Assembly: GCA_943349045.1 (NCBI GenBank)
Contig: CALQZC010000002.1
Location: forward strand, 1-52,398
DNA length: 52,398 nt
Direction: 5' to 3'
Source: Candidatus Peribacteria bacterium
GTDB lineage: Bacteria > Patescibacteriota > Gracilibacteria > UBA1369 > UBA12463
A model generated the notes under the pieces. The model searched no databases and was not told the origin of the DNA. It was given only the letters and a program-made list of their open reading frames with translations. A program made the translations under genes and the position numbers. Below, piece after piece: positions 36,721 to 46,020 of the stretch. The number at the start of each line of letters is the position of its first letter. Position 1 is the stretch's first letter.

Positions 36721-38727
36721 TTAGTCCATCTTGAGTGCCTTCTTGATCCGATATACCAATGCGGCGATTTCTGCACGGGTCAAAGGCACATCAGGACCAA
36801 CCTTTCCATTTACCATCTCAAAAATTTCAAAAGAAGGATCTGTCTTCTTGAGATCAAGAAGCTGAACGATCCACTCAGCAGCCTCTCCACGCGTAATTTT
36901 TCGTGCGCCACCAAACTGATTTTTCGGGAAGAATGTCGCAGGAATTCCGGCCGGAAGTTGATAGGCATATTGAGAAAACCATGCCGTCGCAGGAACATCG
37001 GTGAAGATCATTTTTGCATCCTTCAGGGTTTTCTTTGCTGGACCAAAGGTTCGAACGAGAATCGAGGCGAACTCAGCACGTCGAATATGAAGATCAGGAC
37101 GGAAGAAGCTTTCTCCATTTTCAGTAAATCCACGAATAACATCCTGCTGAGTCATGACGCTAATCGCCGGAAACGCCCAGTGCTCAGGCGTCAGATCCTT
37201 ATAATAATTCACCCGCAACTTCGAGTGCACGAGACGCTCTTGAAGTTTTTTCACATCAATATTACGAGGTTGTTTTTTCTCAAGAGAGGCCATCGCCGCA
37301 GCCGCACCAGCAGCCTGTCCAATCGAGGCGGCAATCGGCTGAAGACGCGTTCGTCCATTCGCAATATGAGACACGGAAATATTTTTCTCAGCCCCAATCA
37401 AGCCATCAACTTTCTGAGGGATAAGTGCCGAATAAGGCACCTGGAATGGAGGGTAAACGAGAAAAAGATCATTAGCGCCACGCTCACACGAGTGAATATC
37501 GAGCGGATAATCACCCACGGCAACCGCATCATCCCAGAAGCGCATCTCACCGAGCGAATCTGGTATGACATCAGCCTCAGTAATGCGTGTCACACCTCGT
37601 AAACGTCGACTCTCGCGAACGTAAGGAATGAGCGCAAGACCATCATCCGTTCCAAACTCATTACTCAACGCATACGTATTTTTTCCCAACTCAGTCTGGA
37701 AATAACGAATAATACCAAGCGAATTCTTCCGAGCTAGTGCGATAACCTCCTCTCGTGCAAGAGGATCGTATTCCGAGCGATCAACATCAAAGTCATTACC
37801 ATATGAGTGAGTCGGGATATTCACCATGACCTTTCCATTTGGAAGTTGACCATAGCTCTTCAAAAATTCCCAGTCGCGGAACTCCGTCGAAGAGTCTGGA
37901 CACTTGCTATTCGGAATCGTACAGAAGTACCTCGTTGGATCGTAATCATCCGGCGCAGGCACGGGTACCTGAACTTTGCCAGTATCTTTAATAATGGCGG
38001 TCACAGTAATTGGCTGCACGCAGTCTTTTGTTTTTCTCGCATGCTCTTCTTTCGAGTCAAGATCAACGCCAAGATCAAAAGGAACATCACCTAAATACAG
38101 TACGTCTCCCAACTCCGTAGCCTCAACCGTCACCGGGGCACGGAAGGTAATATCTTTTCCATTCTGTTCGGCCACGATACCCTCAATCACATTCCCCGTT
38201 CTCAGAACACGCTTCAACTTTGCGTTTAGGTAGAGATTAATATTTGACTCCTGGGCAACCATACCTTTCAAAACCGTATGTCCCACACTCGGCTCAAAAC
38301 AAAACGGCGCAAGACAAAGTTCGGTCTGCCAGATCTTCACCCCATACGATTTTTTCACCTTCTGAACGAATTCGCCGAGTAGTCCGGTATAGTTCCAGGA
38401 ATTTCCATCCATTGAAGAAACACCCGCAGCCGTAATCATGCCACCAATCCACGCAGTTGGTTCAACTAAACATGTCTTCGCGCCATCACGTGCCGACTGA
38501 AGTGCAGCAAACGTTCCACCCGTTCCAGCCCCAACGACCAATACATCGCACGACACCACCGAGCCAGATGAGCTGTTTCCACTTCCAGGACCGCCACTCT
38601 GTTTGAAGGCCAGGAGTTGTTTATCCACAAAAAATGCACCCTTAAAAAAATCTGAACTGCCAAGAACCACAGCTATAACCGCGATAAGCACTACTCCGAC
38701 GACTCCGTATATAGTTTTGTGATTCAT
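36721..38727 (-). CDS. Membrane-anchored FAD-dependent oxidoreductase-like protein with C-terminal SLH-like repeats
   Basis: N-terminal TM segment and a dinucleotide-binding motif VLVVGAGTGGTFAAL. The C-terminus has SLH-like segments (RAEFASILVRTFG, FTDVPATAWF, ITRGEAAEWIV, LTRAEIAALVY). I chose ATG 38727 because the ORF-track N-terminus reads through the tRNA. Confidence 0.7.
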   Translation of the reverse strand: MNHKTIYGVVGVVLIAVIAVVLGSSDFFKGAFFVDKQLLAFKQSGGPGSGNSSSGSVVSCDVLVVGAGTGGTFAALQSARDGAKTCLVEPTAWIGGMITAAGVSSMDGNSWNYTGLLGEFVQKVKKSYGVKIWQTELCLAPFCFEPSVGHTVLKGMVAQESNINLYLNAKLKRVLRTGNVIEGIVAEQNGKDITFRAPVTVEATELGDVLYLGDVPFDLGVDLDSKEEHARKTKDCVQPITVTAIIKDTGKVQVPVPAPDDYDPTRYFCTIPNSKCPDSSTEFRDWEFLKSYGQLPNGKVMVNIPTHSYGNDFDVDRSEYDPLAREEVIALARKNSLGIIRYFQTELGKNTYALSNEFGTDDGLALIPYVRESRRLRGVTRITEADVIPDSLGEMRFWDDAVAVGDYPLDIHSCERGANDLFLVYPPFQVPYSALIPQKVDGLIGAEKNISVSHIANGRTRLQPIAASIGQAAGAAAAMASLEKKQPRNIDVKKLQERLVHSKLRVNYYKDLTPEHWAFPAISVMTQQDVIRGFTENGESFFRPDLHIRRAEFASILVRTFGPAKKTLKDAKMIFTDVPATAWFSQYAYQLPAGIPATFFPKNQFGGARKITRGEAAEWIVQLLDLKKTDPSFEIFEMVNGKVGPDVPLTRAEIAALVYRIKKALKMD

Positions 38728-38742
38728 ACAATCATAGAATAA

Positions 38743-38818
38743 TGGTGCGCCCGGCAGGATTCGAACCTGCGGCCCCCAGCTCCGCAAGCTGATGCTCTAT
38801 CCCCTGAGCTACGAGCGC
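38743..38818 (-). tRNA. tRNA-Arg (anticodon GCG), CCA encoded
   Basis: A 76-nt canonical cloverleaf on the minus strand: GCGCTCG TA GCTC AGGGGATA GAGC A TCAGC TTGCGGA GCTGG GGGCC GCAGG TTCGAAT CCTGC CGGGCGC A CCA. Confidence 0.9.
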
Positions 38819-38865
38819 GCGCAAAAACGACCTCTTAACCAGCTCATCTTAATAGTACTCCGGTT

Positions 38866-41214
38866 TTAGCGCAAGGACTGATGTACCTCCGTACCAATAG
38901 TGAGATGCTCAGTCGGCAGCTTCATGCCACCCTCTTTAGCAATGTGGTCCACGCGACTAAGGAGAATACGATTAAGCGCATCACCAACAAAGTGTGCTTT
39001 TCGAAAATCTCTTCTATCCGGATCATCAGTAATATGAAGCACCCCATTCATAGGAGCTCCATAGGGAGATTTACGAAAATCATTAACCACCGTAAAGTTT
39101 TCGAAATTCCGAATAACCGCAGAATGACCCCTCCTTCTCTCTCCTCCCTGTTCCGGATCAACTTCGCAGAGTGCTCGCAACGGTGCTCTCGTAAGAGAAT
39201 GAATATCGAGAGGAATACATGCCGCGCCAATAGGAGCATTGGCAACACCAAAACTTCCCAGAAATCGATCATGGTTCGCAATACCTGGAGTCGTATCATG
39301 AATGCTGACCTGCTGTTTTTTGCCACCAAACATCGTAAAGAAAAAGGCATGCACGAGGCCAATGAGCTCGCGACGCTCGTGAGGCGTATACAACTCACCG
39401 GCAACCGATGCGCTCGATCGGGGTGATGCTTTTTTAACCACAAGAGAAGTAAGTGCGCGCTTAATTTGTTCAAACGACCATTTTCGAATTGAGCCAGGCT
39501 CCTTATCGGGCTGCTCAAACTCACTCGTTCGATCAATGTCACGGAGCACACCAAGAAGCGAGGTGGAGTACGACTTCAGGTTCGCATGCATATTCAGAAG
39601 ATGTTCAACTGAGGCAGGATCATCCAATAAAAGAGCAGCATGCGCCTTGCCCATATACTCAGCACAATACTGATGACGATCTTGAAAGACCCGAAACGCG
39701 CCAAAACCAAAGGAATCCTCAGGAACAGAACCTTTTTTAAACGCTGCATGGAGACCCGTATTGATCATCGCTTTGGGATGAAGATCAGAACGAAAATCAT
39801 ATTCCTTTCCAAATACTCCCTGGGACTCAGAAAACTGGGATTGAGTATAGTGAGGAAAAAGGTCCGGAATAATATTATCTCGAAGCATACTCACCAGCCT
39901 TTGATTCGCCTCAGGATCAGGAGACGTAGGGACAAAGTTCACAAAATTATTGAATTGTAGTCCATTACTCTCAGGCGTTCCATCGCGACGCGCCACCTCA
40001 TTTAGCTTCATGAAACGTATACCTCGTGGTCGAAAAATAATCTGCAGATCACCACGAGAAAAGCCATGCGCCTCTATCGCCTGATATATACGATCCACAA
40101 ATTTCGCCGGCAGATCATGAATACACTGATCCTCAATTCGACGAAACTGATGCTTCATTCGCTCATCACCCTGAACTCTCTGAAGCAAATCAAAAAACCA
40201 CTCACGCGTATTTTTCATGTGAAGCGCCTTGGTAAGCCAGAGATAGAAGTAACAAGTCTCAAGCCAGATAGCCGTAAAACGATCTTTATTGAGAGAGGCA
40301 ATCGTCGCATCATTATCGATACGGTCACAAATTTTTATCAGGAGAACACGGGTTCCATACTTCAAGAAATCCTCAGGACTCATCTCGGAAAGTCGACTAA
40401 TGAGACACATGAGAGCTTCGGTGCGCGTCGCTTCACGTCCAAGAGTTTTATCGGCATAACTTTTATCAACCAGGTCGAGAAGACGATTAATATCAACCGT
40501 TTTTTCCGGATCCTCATCTTGTACCTGAACAGCGCCACTCGCAACAAACCTATGAGAAATATGCATGGCATCGGCATGTTTCATACCAGCACGATTGACC
40601 AGCATACCCTTTCCCATATCTTCGTTCACATCATGAAGCAGCTCGGCAATAAAAGTCTCTTCATCAAGAACACCTGCCTTATAAATCATCGCATCGAAAG
40701 CAGCTCTCTTAGGATGCTGGACATACGGAAGTGGATTTCCCTTAGGATCTTTCTCGCCTTTTCGATGAACGCCATAGTGTGACACAAAGGCAAAGTATGC
40801 GGCATTACGAATACGCGTCTGCCACCCCGGGCGGAAATGTTTTTCATGATTCGGAAGAACCTTAACCGCCGTCTCGAGCTGCACCATATCTTTTTCGATA
40901 TCAACGAGATACTCAGCAAACGAGTCAGCAAAGTGAAGCGTCTCTTGTTGGCGAACAGCTTGGTCTTTCGATCGAGTAAAAAGAGAGCCCGAGACACGAC
41001 TCGACACCTCCTGGAGAAAAAAACTTATCGGCTGAATATGTTGTTGCAACTTCGTCCCCGTGAGTTTATAGGCAAGACGTTCTAGAAAAAGTTGATGGCC
41101 TTTGTCTGATAACCTACCGTTGAGAAGTATTTCGGTTCCTTTTGAGATAATTCCCTGAAGCATACAGAAAAAAATAGGAGATGTTAATCTACCGTCATTA
41201 TAGCTGTTTGTCAA
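38866..41214 (-). CDS. Divergent RelA/SpoT-homologue-like protein (HD hydrolase domain, degenerate synthetase-like domain, unknown C-terminus)
   Basis: 782 aa. HD-domain blocks are PYVQHPKRAAF, AELLHDVNEDM and LIKICDRIDN. A downstream segment, HPKAMINTGLHAAF...GAFRVFQDRHQYCAEYMGKAHAAL, resembles the (p)ppGpp synthetase core. Confidence 0.6.
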   Translation of the reverse strand: MTNSYNDGRLTSPIFFCMLQGIISKGTEILLNGRLSDKGHQLFLERLAYKLTGTKLQQHIQPISFFLQEVSSRVSGSLFTRSKDQAVRQQETLHFADSFAEYLVDIEKDMVQLETAVKVLPNHEKHFRPGWQTRIRNAAYFAFVSHYGVHRKGEKDPKGNPLPYVQHPKRAAFDAMIYKAGVLDEETFIAELLHDVNEDMGKGMLVNRAGMKHADAMHISHRFVASGAVQVQDEDPEKTVDINRLLDLVDKSYADKTLGREATRTEALMCLISRLSEMSPEDFLKYGTRVLLIKICDRIDNDATIASLNKDRFTAIWLETCYFYLWLTKALHMKNTREWFFDLLQRVQGDERMKHQFRRIEDQCIHDLPAKFVDRIYQAIEAHGFSRGDLQIIFRPRGIRFMKLNEVARRDGTPESNGLQFNNFVNFVPTSPDPEANQRLVSMLRDNIIPDLFPHYTQSQFSESQGVFGKEYDFRSDLHPKAMINTGLHAAFKKGSVPEDSFGFGAFRVFQDRHQYCAEYMGKAHAALLLDDPASVEHLLNMHANLKSYSTSLLGVLRDIDRTSEFEQPDKEPGSIRKWSFEQIKRALTSLVVKKASPRSSASVAGELYTPHERRELIGLVHAFFFTMFGGKKQQVSIHDTTPGIANHDRFLGSFGVANAPIGAACIPLDIHSLTRAPLRALCEVDPEQGGERRRGHSAVIRNFENFTVVNDFRKSPYGAPMNGVLHITDDPDRRDFRKAHFVGDALNRILLSRVDHIAKEGGMKLPTEHLTIGTEVHQSLR

Positions 41215-41232
41215 TAATTTGAAGCTAAAAGA

Positions 41233-41886
41233 TTAACCTCGAAGACTCTCTAAAGCTGTTTTTCGGTCTGGAGCACCGAAGACATAGTTACCGGCAACGA
41301 AGATATTCGCTCCTGCCTGCCTCGCTACCCGAGCCGTCTCAAGATTAATACCTCCATCAACTTCAATATGCAGATCTGGCCGCAATGCCCGAAGTTGAGA
41401 AATTTTTGGCATCACTGACTCGATAAATTTTTGTCCACCGAAACCCGGATTCACCGTCATACAGAGAACCATATCAACATCATCAAGCACATCCTCAAGT
41501 GTATCGAGCGACGTCGCAGGATTCAGAGCAACACCAACCTTCATGCCAAGCGCTTTGACCATCCGCACCGTGCCAACAAGATCTTTAGTCGCCTCCTGAT
41601 GCACCACCAGAAAACTGCGCGCATACAACTCCGAGCCCACAGCCTGCATCACACCATCTGCAAAGTCTTTCAAATATTTTTCAGGATTTTCGATCATCAA
41701 ATGCACATCGAATGGCTTATTCGCACGCATTTTTCCAACCTGTCCGGGACCAAAGGTGATGTTCGGAACAAAGTGCCCGTCCATGATATCAACATGAATG
41801 AGGTCACTAAACAGCTCAACAGACGCGATCTCGCTATTGAGATTACCGAAGTCCGCAGAGAGAATGGATGGAGCAACAAGAATCAT
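41233..41886 (-). CDS. rpe: Ribulose-phosphate 3-epimerase
   Basis: APSILSADF, HVDIMDGHFVPN and MTVNPGFGGQKF. Confidence 0.93.
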   Translation of the reverse strand: MILVAPSILSADFGNLNSEIASVELFSDLIHVDIMDGHFVPNITFGPGQVGKMRANKPFDVHLMIENPEKYLKDFADGVMQAVGSELYARSFLVVHQEATKDLVGTVRMVKALGMKVGVALNPATSLDTLEDVLDDVDMVLCMTVNPGFGGQKFIESVMPKISQLRALRPDLHIEVDGGINLETARVARQAGANIFVAGNYVFGAPDRKTALESLRG

Positions 41887-41898
41887 AGTGCGAAAAAA

Positions 41899-42348
41899 TT
41901 ATTTTCGATTTTTTTCAATGTCAGAAATTTTATCCACACGTCGCTGATGACGCTCATCCGTATCGAAAGGCGTCTCGATAAAAATTTTCACAAAATGCTT
42001 CGCTTTTTCGATGTCAATAAGCCGTGAACCAAGAGCCATCACGTTTGCATTATTATGTCGTCGAGCCATCTCGGCCATGGTTTCATTAGTGACCGATGCC
42101 GCTCGAACACCATTCAGTTTGTTCGCTGCAATCGACATGCCCGTCCCTGTTCCGCAAATCAGAATACCAAACGAACCAGGATTTTCAGAAACTTTTTCCG
42201 CAACTTCACGAGCTATATCGGGATAATCTGCGGAGTCTCCAGTGAAAACACCGAGGTCAACGCATTCCTGCTTGAGCTCCTGCATATAATCCCCAAGAGC
42301 ATTTTTCATCTCATAGCCAGCGTGATCGGAGCCAAGGTATATCATCAA
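41899..42348 (-). CDS. rpiB: Ribose-5-phosphate isomerase B
   Basis: GSDHAGYEMK and ILICGTGTGMSIAANK. Confidence 0.92.
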   Translation of the reverse strand: MMIYLGSDHAGYEMKNALGDYMQELKQECVDLGVFTGDSADYPDIAREVAEKVSENPGSFGILICGTGTGMSIAANKLNGVRAASVTNETMAEMARRHNNANVMALGSRLIDIEKAKHFVKIFIETPFDTDERHQRRVDKISDIEKNRK

Positions 42349-42379
42349 ATATCAGGTAACAAAAAATAAAAAAGATACG

Positions 42380-43324
42380 TTAGTCAAAAACTTTCGTCAC
42401 CGACTTCGAGTCGTGAACATTCTGAATAATCTGCGCAAGCAGCGGAGCGACCGAGAGCACCGTCAACCCCTTAAATCGCTTGGCAGCAGGAAGCGGAATC
42501 GTATTGGAAACCACCACCTCCTTGAATCCAGCCGCCTTCATACGCTCAACCGCCGGATCGGAAAATACTGGATGAACCGACGCAAGATACATATCTTTAT
42601 TCGCACCATTTTTCCTGAGAGCCGCGACCGCCGCGCACGCACTGCCCGCGGTATCAATCATATCGTCGTAAATCAGACAGGTTTTTCCATCGACATCACC
42701 CACCACATGCAGGGCCTCAGCGACATTCATCTTCGGTCGAGTCTTGTGCACGAGAGCGAAGTCCACACCACACAGGTCCGCAAATTTCTTAACATCTTTT
42801 GCGCCACCAGCATCAGTACTGACGATCACGAGGTCCTTAATTTTTTTCTTCTTGAAGTAATCAACAAAAAGTTTTCGTGGATTCAGGTTGTCGACCGGAA
42901 GGTCAAAGAACCCCTGAGCCTGGTCAGAGTGAAGTGCCATAGTGATGACGTGATCGGCTCCAGCAGCCACAATCAGATCAGCAACGAGTTTCGCCGTAAT
43001 CGGTTCTCTCGGCTGAGCTACACGATCCTGTCTCGCATATCCATAATGCGGAATCACGACATGCACCTTCGAAGCGAAGGATCGCTTGAGTGAGTCGAGC
43101 AAAATAAAGAGCTCCATGAGATCCTCATTGACGCGATCCGTACAGGTCTGCACGACGAAAACATCACATCCTCGCACCGTATCTACCGGCCGGATGTAAA
43201 TTTCTCCATTCGCAAAGTGCGTATTGATCGTTTCGGAAAGCTCAATCTTCAACTGTCGAGCAATTTCCTGCGCAAGGGCAGGATGCGAGCTTCCAGCGAA
43301 GAGTTTGAGAGGTGACGAAGTCAT
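42380..43324 (-). CDS. prs: Ribose-phosphate pyrophosphokinase
   Basis: IPHYGYARQDR and the PRPP loop LIYDDMIDTAGS. Confidence 0.93.
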   Translation of the reverse strand: MTSSPLKLFAGSSHPALAQEIARQLKIELSETINTHFANGEIYIRPVDTVRGCDVFVVQTCTDRVNEDLMELFILLDSLKRSFASKVHVVIPHYGYARQDRVAQPREPITAKLVADLIVAAGADHVITMALHSDQAQGFFDLPVDNLNPRKLFVDYFKKKKIKDLVIVSTDAGGAKDVKKFADLCGVDFALVHKTRPKMNVAEALHVVGDVDGKTCLIYDDMIDTAGSACAAVAALRKNGANKDMYLASVHPVFSDPAVERMKAAGFKEVVVSNTIPLPAAKRFKGLTVLSVAPLLAQIIQNVHDSKSVTKVFD

Positions 43325-43348
43325 GCAGGGCTATAGTAACGCAAAAAA

Positions 43349-43843
43349 CTAGATTCCATCAAGTACAATTTTCTCCCCCACCTTCAGTTTCAGTTTTGCC
43401 GCAAGTCCTCCATTGATCTCAAGAACGTACTTCGCCGGCTTATACGACTCATATAATGGACATACTGGTTGTGTACCACATGGTTTCGCCTGTTTTTGAA
43501 TCGAAACGATGTTTCCCTCTCGATCCGCAAAAATCATATCCAGTGAAATCAGCGTATTTTTCATCCAGAACGTCCGGGGCTCCTCTTTTGGAAAAATAAA
43601 AAGCATCCCTTGATTTTTCGCCAGCTTCTCACGATACATAAGCCCCTTCGATCGCTCCTCATCATCATCAGCGATCTCAACGGCAAAGGTGGTGTTTTTC
43701 AGGGTAACGGTACTATGTGAGTCTTTCTGCGCGCTCAATACGTCAGCACCAACAACGCCGAGAAAGGGCTGAAAAAGAAACGTAAAAAATGTAACAATAA
43801 GGAGAAAAACCATGTCGGAAGTATAGCACAATATTTGGCGCAC
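43349..43843 (-). CDS. DUF192 family protein (secreted or membrane-anchored)
   Basis: SKGLMYRE.L..NQGMLFIF......FWMKNTLISLDMIF matches the DUF192 signature. An alternative start at 43813 (MVFLLIV) is possible. Confidence 0.75.
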   Translation of the reverse strand: MRQILCYTSDMVFLLIVTFFTFLFQPFLGVVGADVLSAQKDSHSTVTLKNTTFAVEIADDDEERSKGLMYREKLAKNQGMLFIFPKEEPRTFWMKNTLISLDMIFADREGNIVSIQKQAKPCGTQPVCPLYESYKPAKYVLEINGGLAAKLKLKVGEKIVLDGI

Positions 43844-43850
43844 GTCGTTT

Positions 43851-44699
43851 TCATCTTCTCCGCTTCCTCTCCTGGTATTTCACATCGATCGTATGGGCGA
43901 TCTCATGGTGTTCTTCACAGAGCGGAGAGAGGTAGCGTGGATCATTCGTCGGATCCACTCTCCAGCGTTTCTCATGGTGGATGTCTGCTGCTGGTTTGCT
44001 GCATCCGCTTCTGGAACAGATGTTTCCGTATTCTTTCTTAATGACTTTCTGCACCCTAGCAGGAAGGTATCGTGTTTGTGGTTTTTCCTGGGTGGCAAGT
44101 TTTTGGGCAATCTGATTCTTTTCTTCTTCGATCGCTTGTTTCCGCTGTTCGAGAAAAAGTCTGAGTTCTTCGTTGATATTGATGCCTTTGCGTTGTAAAT
44201 TTTTGAGCGCCTGCTCAACATCTTCATCAAGTCTTAGTGGCTCTTGTGGTAATTCCTGTTTGTATTCTGGCTTGTCCCCAAGGGACGCCCTTGCTAGGGT
44301 GTGCGTACGCACATCTCGAACAAAAGTTTCTAGAGCACTTTGAGACAAGAGCTGAACCTGATTGACGAGTATTTCTTCGTTTTCTGGCAAAGCAATGGAG
44401 GCCACTCGTGCCAGTTTGTTGACACTTACCGCTCCACTCGTTAAAAGATGCTGAAGCTCAGGTGTTGACGTAAATTTTTTATGAACATTGAGGACTCGCG
44501 AGACCTGTTCTTCTGACACCCCACCAATCTTCTTCGCAAACTCAACCACGGACGAACACCCCTCCTTCACATAGAGTTTCCTCCTCTCTATTTCCGGTAA
44601 CATCCCCAGAAATTTATTCCTCCATTTCCGTGCCTCTTCTCCGTACCTTACACACACCGACAATAATACTTCATCTGACATCAATGTTGGATCGAACAT
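43851..44699 (-). CDS. HNH endonuclease with DUF222-like helical N-domain (paralogue 2)
   Basis: The C-terminus is CSRSGCSKPAADIHHEKRWRVDPTNDPRYLSPLCEEHHEIAH. The N-terminal blocks are shared with ORF 25956-26831. Confidence 0.8.
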   Translation of the reverse strand: MFDPTLMSDEVLLSVCVRYGEEARKWRNKFLGMLPEIERRKLYVKEGCSSVVEFAKKIGGVSEEQVSRVLNVHKKFTSTPELQHLLTSGAVSVNKLARVASIALPENEEILVNQVQLLSQSALETFVRDVRTHTLARASLGDKPEYKQELPQEPLRLDEDVEQALKNLQRKGININEELRLFLEQRKQAIEEEKNQIAQKLATQEKPQTRYLPARVQKVIKKEYGNICSRSGCSKPAADIHHEKRWRVDPTNDPRYLSPLCEEHHEIAHTIDVKYQERKRRR

Positions 44700-44904
44700 A
44701 GAGAAAGGGGTTACAAGAAATATAAACTGGTAACAAAACTGCTACCATTTTCTTGCGGGCCTTTCCGGTAATACTGATGCTGATTGCCGCTACCTGAATA
44801 TACACAAAGAATAGCAGAAACAAGCCAGGAAAACAAATTCTAGGACTTGCAAAACATACAAAGTTATGGTGGAAAAAACCGGGGGAATTTCTACCAAAAT
44901 CCCT

Positions 44905-45438
44905 TCACCACCTCTCTGGAGAAACAAAAACCTTATGTTCATCCACCGACCGTCGCAACAACTCCACCACCGTCACTCCCAACACGGGATGCACCACCTC
45001 CCCGGCAATTTCCGCCAACGGTACCAACACAAAATTCCGCTCACTCATCAATACATGAGGAACCACCAACCGCGGCGCATCATTCACAACAACTGAACCA
45101 TAGATCAACACATCAATATCGATCGTCCGCGCACCCCAGCGCTCTACGCCCTCACGCACCCGACCCAACAACCCCTCCACCTCCATGCACACACCCAGCA
45201 GCTCATCCGCGCTCAACTCCGTCTCCACCTCCACCACCGCATTCAAAAAATTCCCACGCGCATCACAAGCATCCGCACCAGGATCGCGCTGCCACTCACC
45301 CACCACCGGCTGCGTTTCATACAACGACGACTTCGCCACCACGACCACTCCCCGCTCCTCAAGCAAAACCAAAGCATCCCGCATTAACCGCGAACATTCG
45401 CCACAATTCGATCCGAGTCCCAGAAAAATACCACGCAT
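44905..45438 (-). CDS. folK: 2-amino-4-hydroxy-6-hydroxymethyldihydropteridine diphosphokinase (HPPK)
   Basis: IFLGLGSN, WGARTIDIDVLIYG and LVVPHVLMSERNFVLVPLAEI. I chose ATG 45438. Confidence 0.88.
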   Translation of the reverse strand: MRGIFLGLGSNCGECSRLMRDALVLLEERGVVVVAKSSLYETQPVVGEWQRDPGADACDARGNFLNAVVEVETELSADELLGVCMEVEGLLGRVREGVERWGARTIDIDVLIYGSVVVNDAPRLVVPHVLMSERNFVLVPLAEIAGEVVHPVLGVTVVELLRRSVDEHKVFVSPERW

Positions 45439-45454
45439 AATAAAGAGGAAAATA

Positions 45455-45910
45455 TTACGCCCGCAAAGCAACACTCGATCCCTCCGTCTCCCACAACCGA
45501 ACTTCATATAACCGCACCTCGTAATTCGTCCCATCACGAATATCGGCACCAGAAACCGTCTCCCCATCTTTCAGAAATTTCCGCATCCCCTCAGCAATAT
45601 TCGGATCACTCACCTCCTCCCTCAACAACTCAGACATCCCCTCCAGCTGTTTCCAGATCCACTCACATACTCGCTCCGCCGAAGGATTTTCGAAAAGATC
45701 ATTCAGGTGATGGTGATCCAACTGATCAATCACCCGCCTCACCACCACGCGCTTCAACACCCCAAAATCAATCACCATATCATTCTCGCCAACCTCGCCT
45801 TCAACCGTTACGGCGAGTCGATACGAGTGCCCATGCAGCCGCTCACACTTGCCATAATATTTGGTAAGAAAATGAGATGCATGAAATGTAAACTCTTTCG
45901 TAACCAGCAT
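45455..45910 (-). CDS. 6-pyruvoyl-tetrahydropterin synthase family protein (QueD/PTPS)
   Basis: FTFHASHFL...GKCERLHGHSYRL..TVEGE....MVIDF T-fold signature. I chose ATG 45910. Confidence 0.85.
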   Translation of the reverse strand: MLVTKEFTFHASHFLTKYYGKCERLHGHSYRLAVTVEGEVGENDMVIDFGVLKRVVVRRVIDQLDHHHLNDLFENPSAERVCEWIWKQLEGMSELLREEVSDPNIAEGMRKFLKDGETVSGADIRDGTNYEVRLYEVRLWETEGSSVALRA

Positions 45911-46020
45911 AAAACTCACAAAATAATAAAATAGTTGTAAAGCGAAACCAATCCATCGTACAATCAGATCACAACATACCACATCCCCGTTTTTAAACAA
46001 CAAAGCCTCACCTCTTCTGT

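Noticed and set aside
38728-38787. The N-terminal 20 codons of ORF 36721-38787 (MRSWGPQVRILPGAP...).
   Set aside because: This stretch is the translation of the tRNA-Arg gene. The real start is ATG 38727, in front of the TM helix.
44847-45440. A long Pro-rich ORF (197 aa) on the plus strand. Similar long ORFs occur at 47680-48282, 42413-43093, 34879-35445, 32003-32830, 20565-21065 and 11488-12327.
   Set aside because: Each lies antisense to a gene with clear family motifs (folK, folP, prs, the deacetylase, uvrB, the STAND NTPase, the coiled-coil protein). Their translations are low-complexity. They are shadow ORFs.
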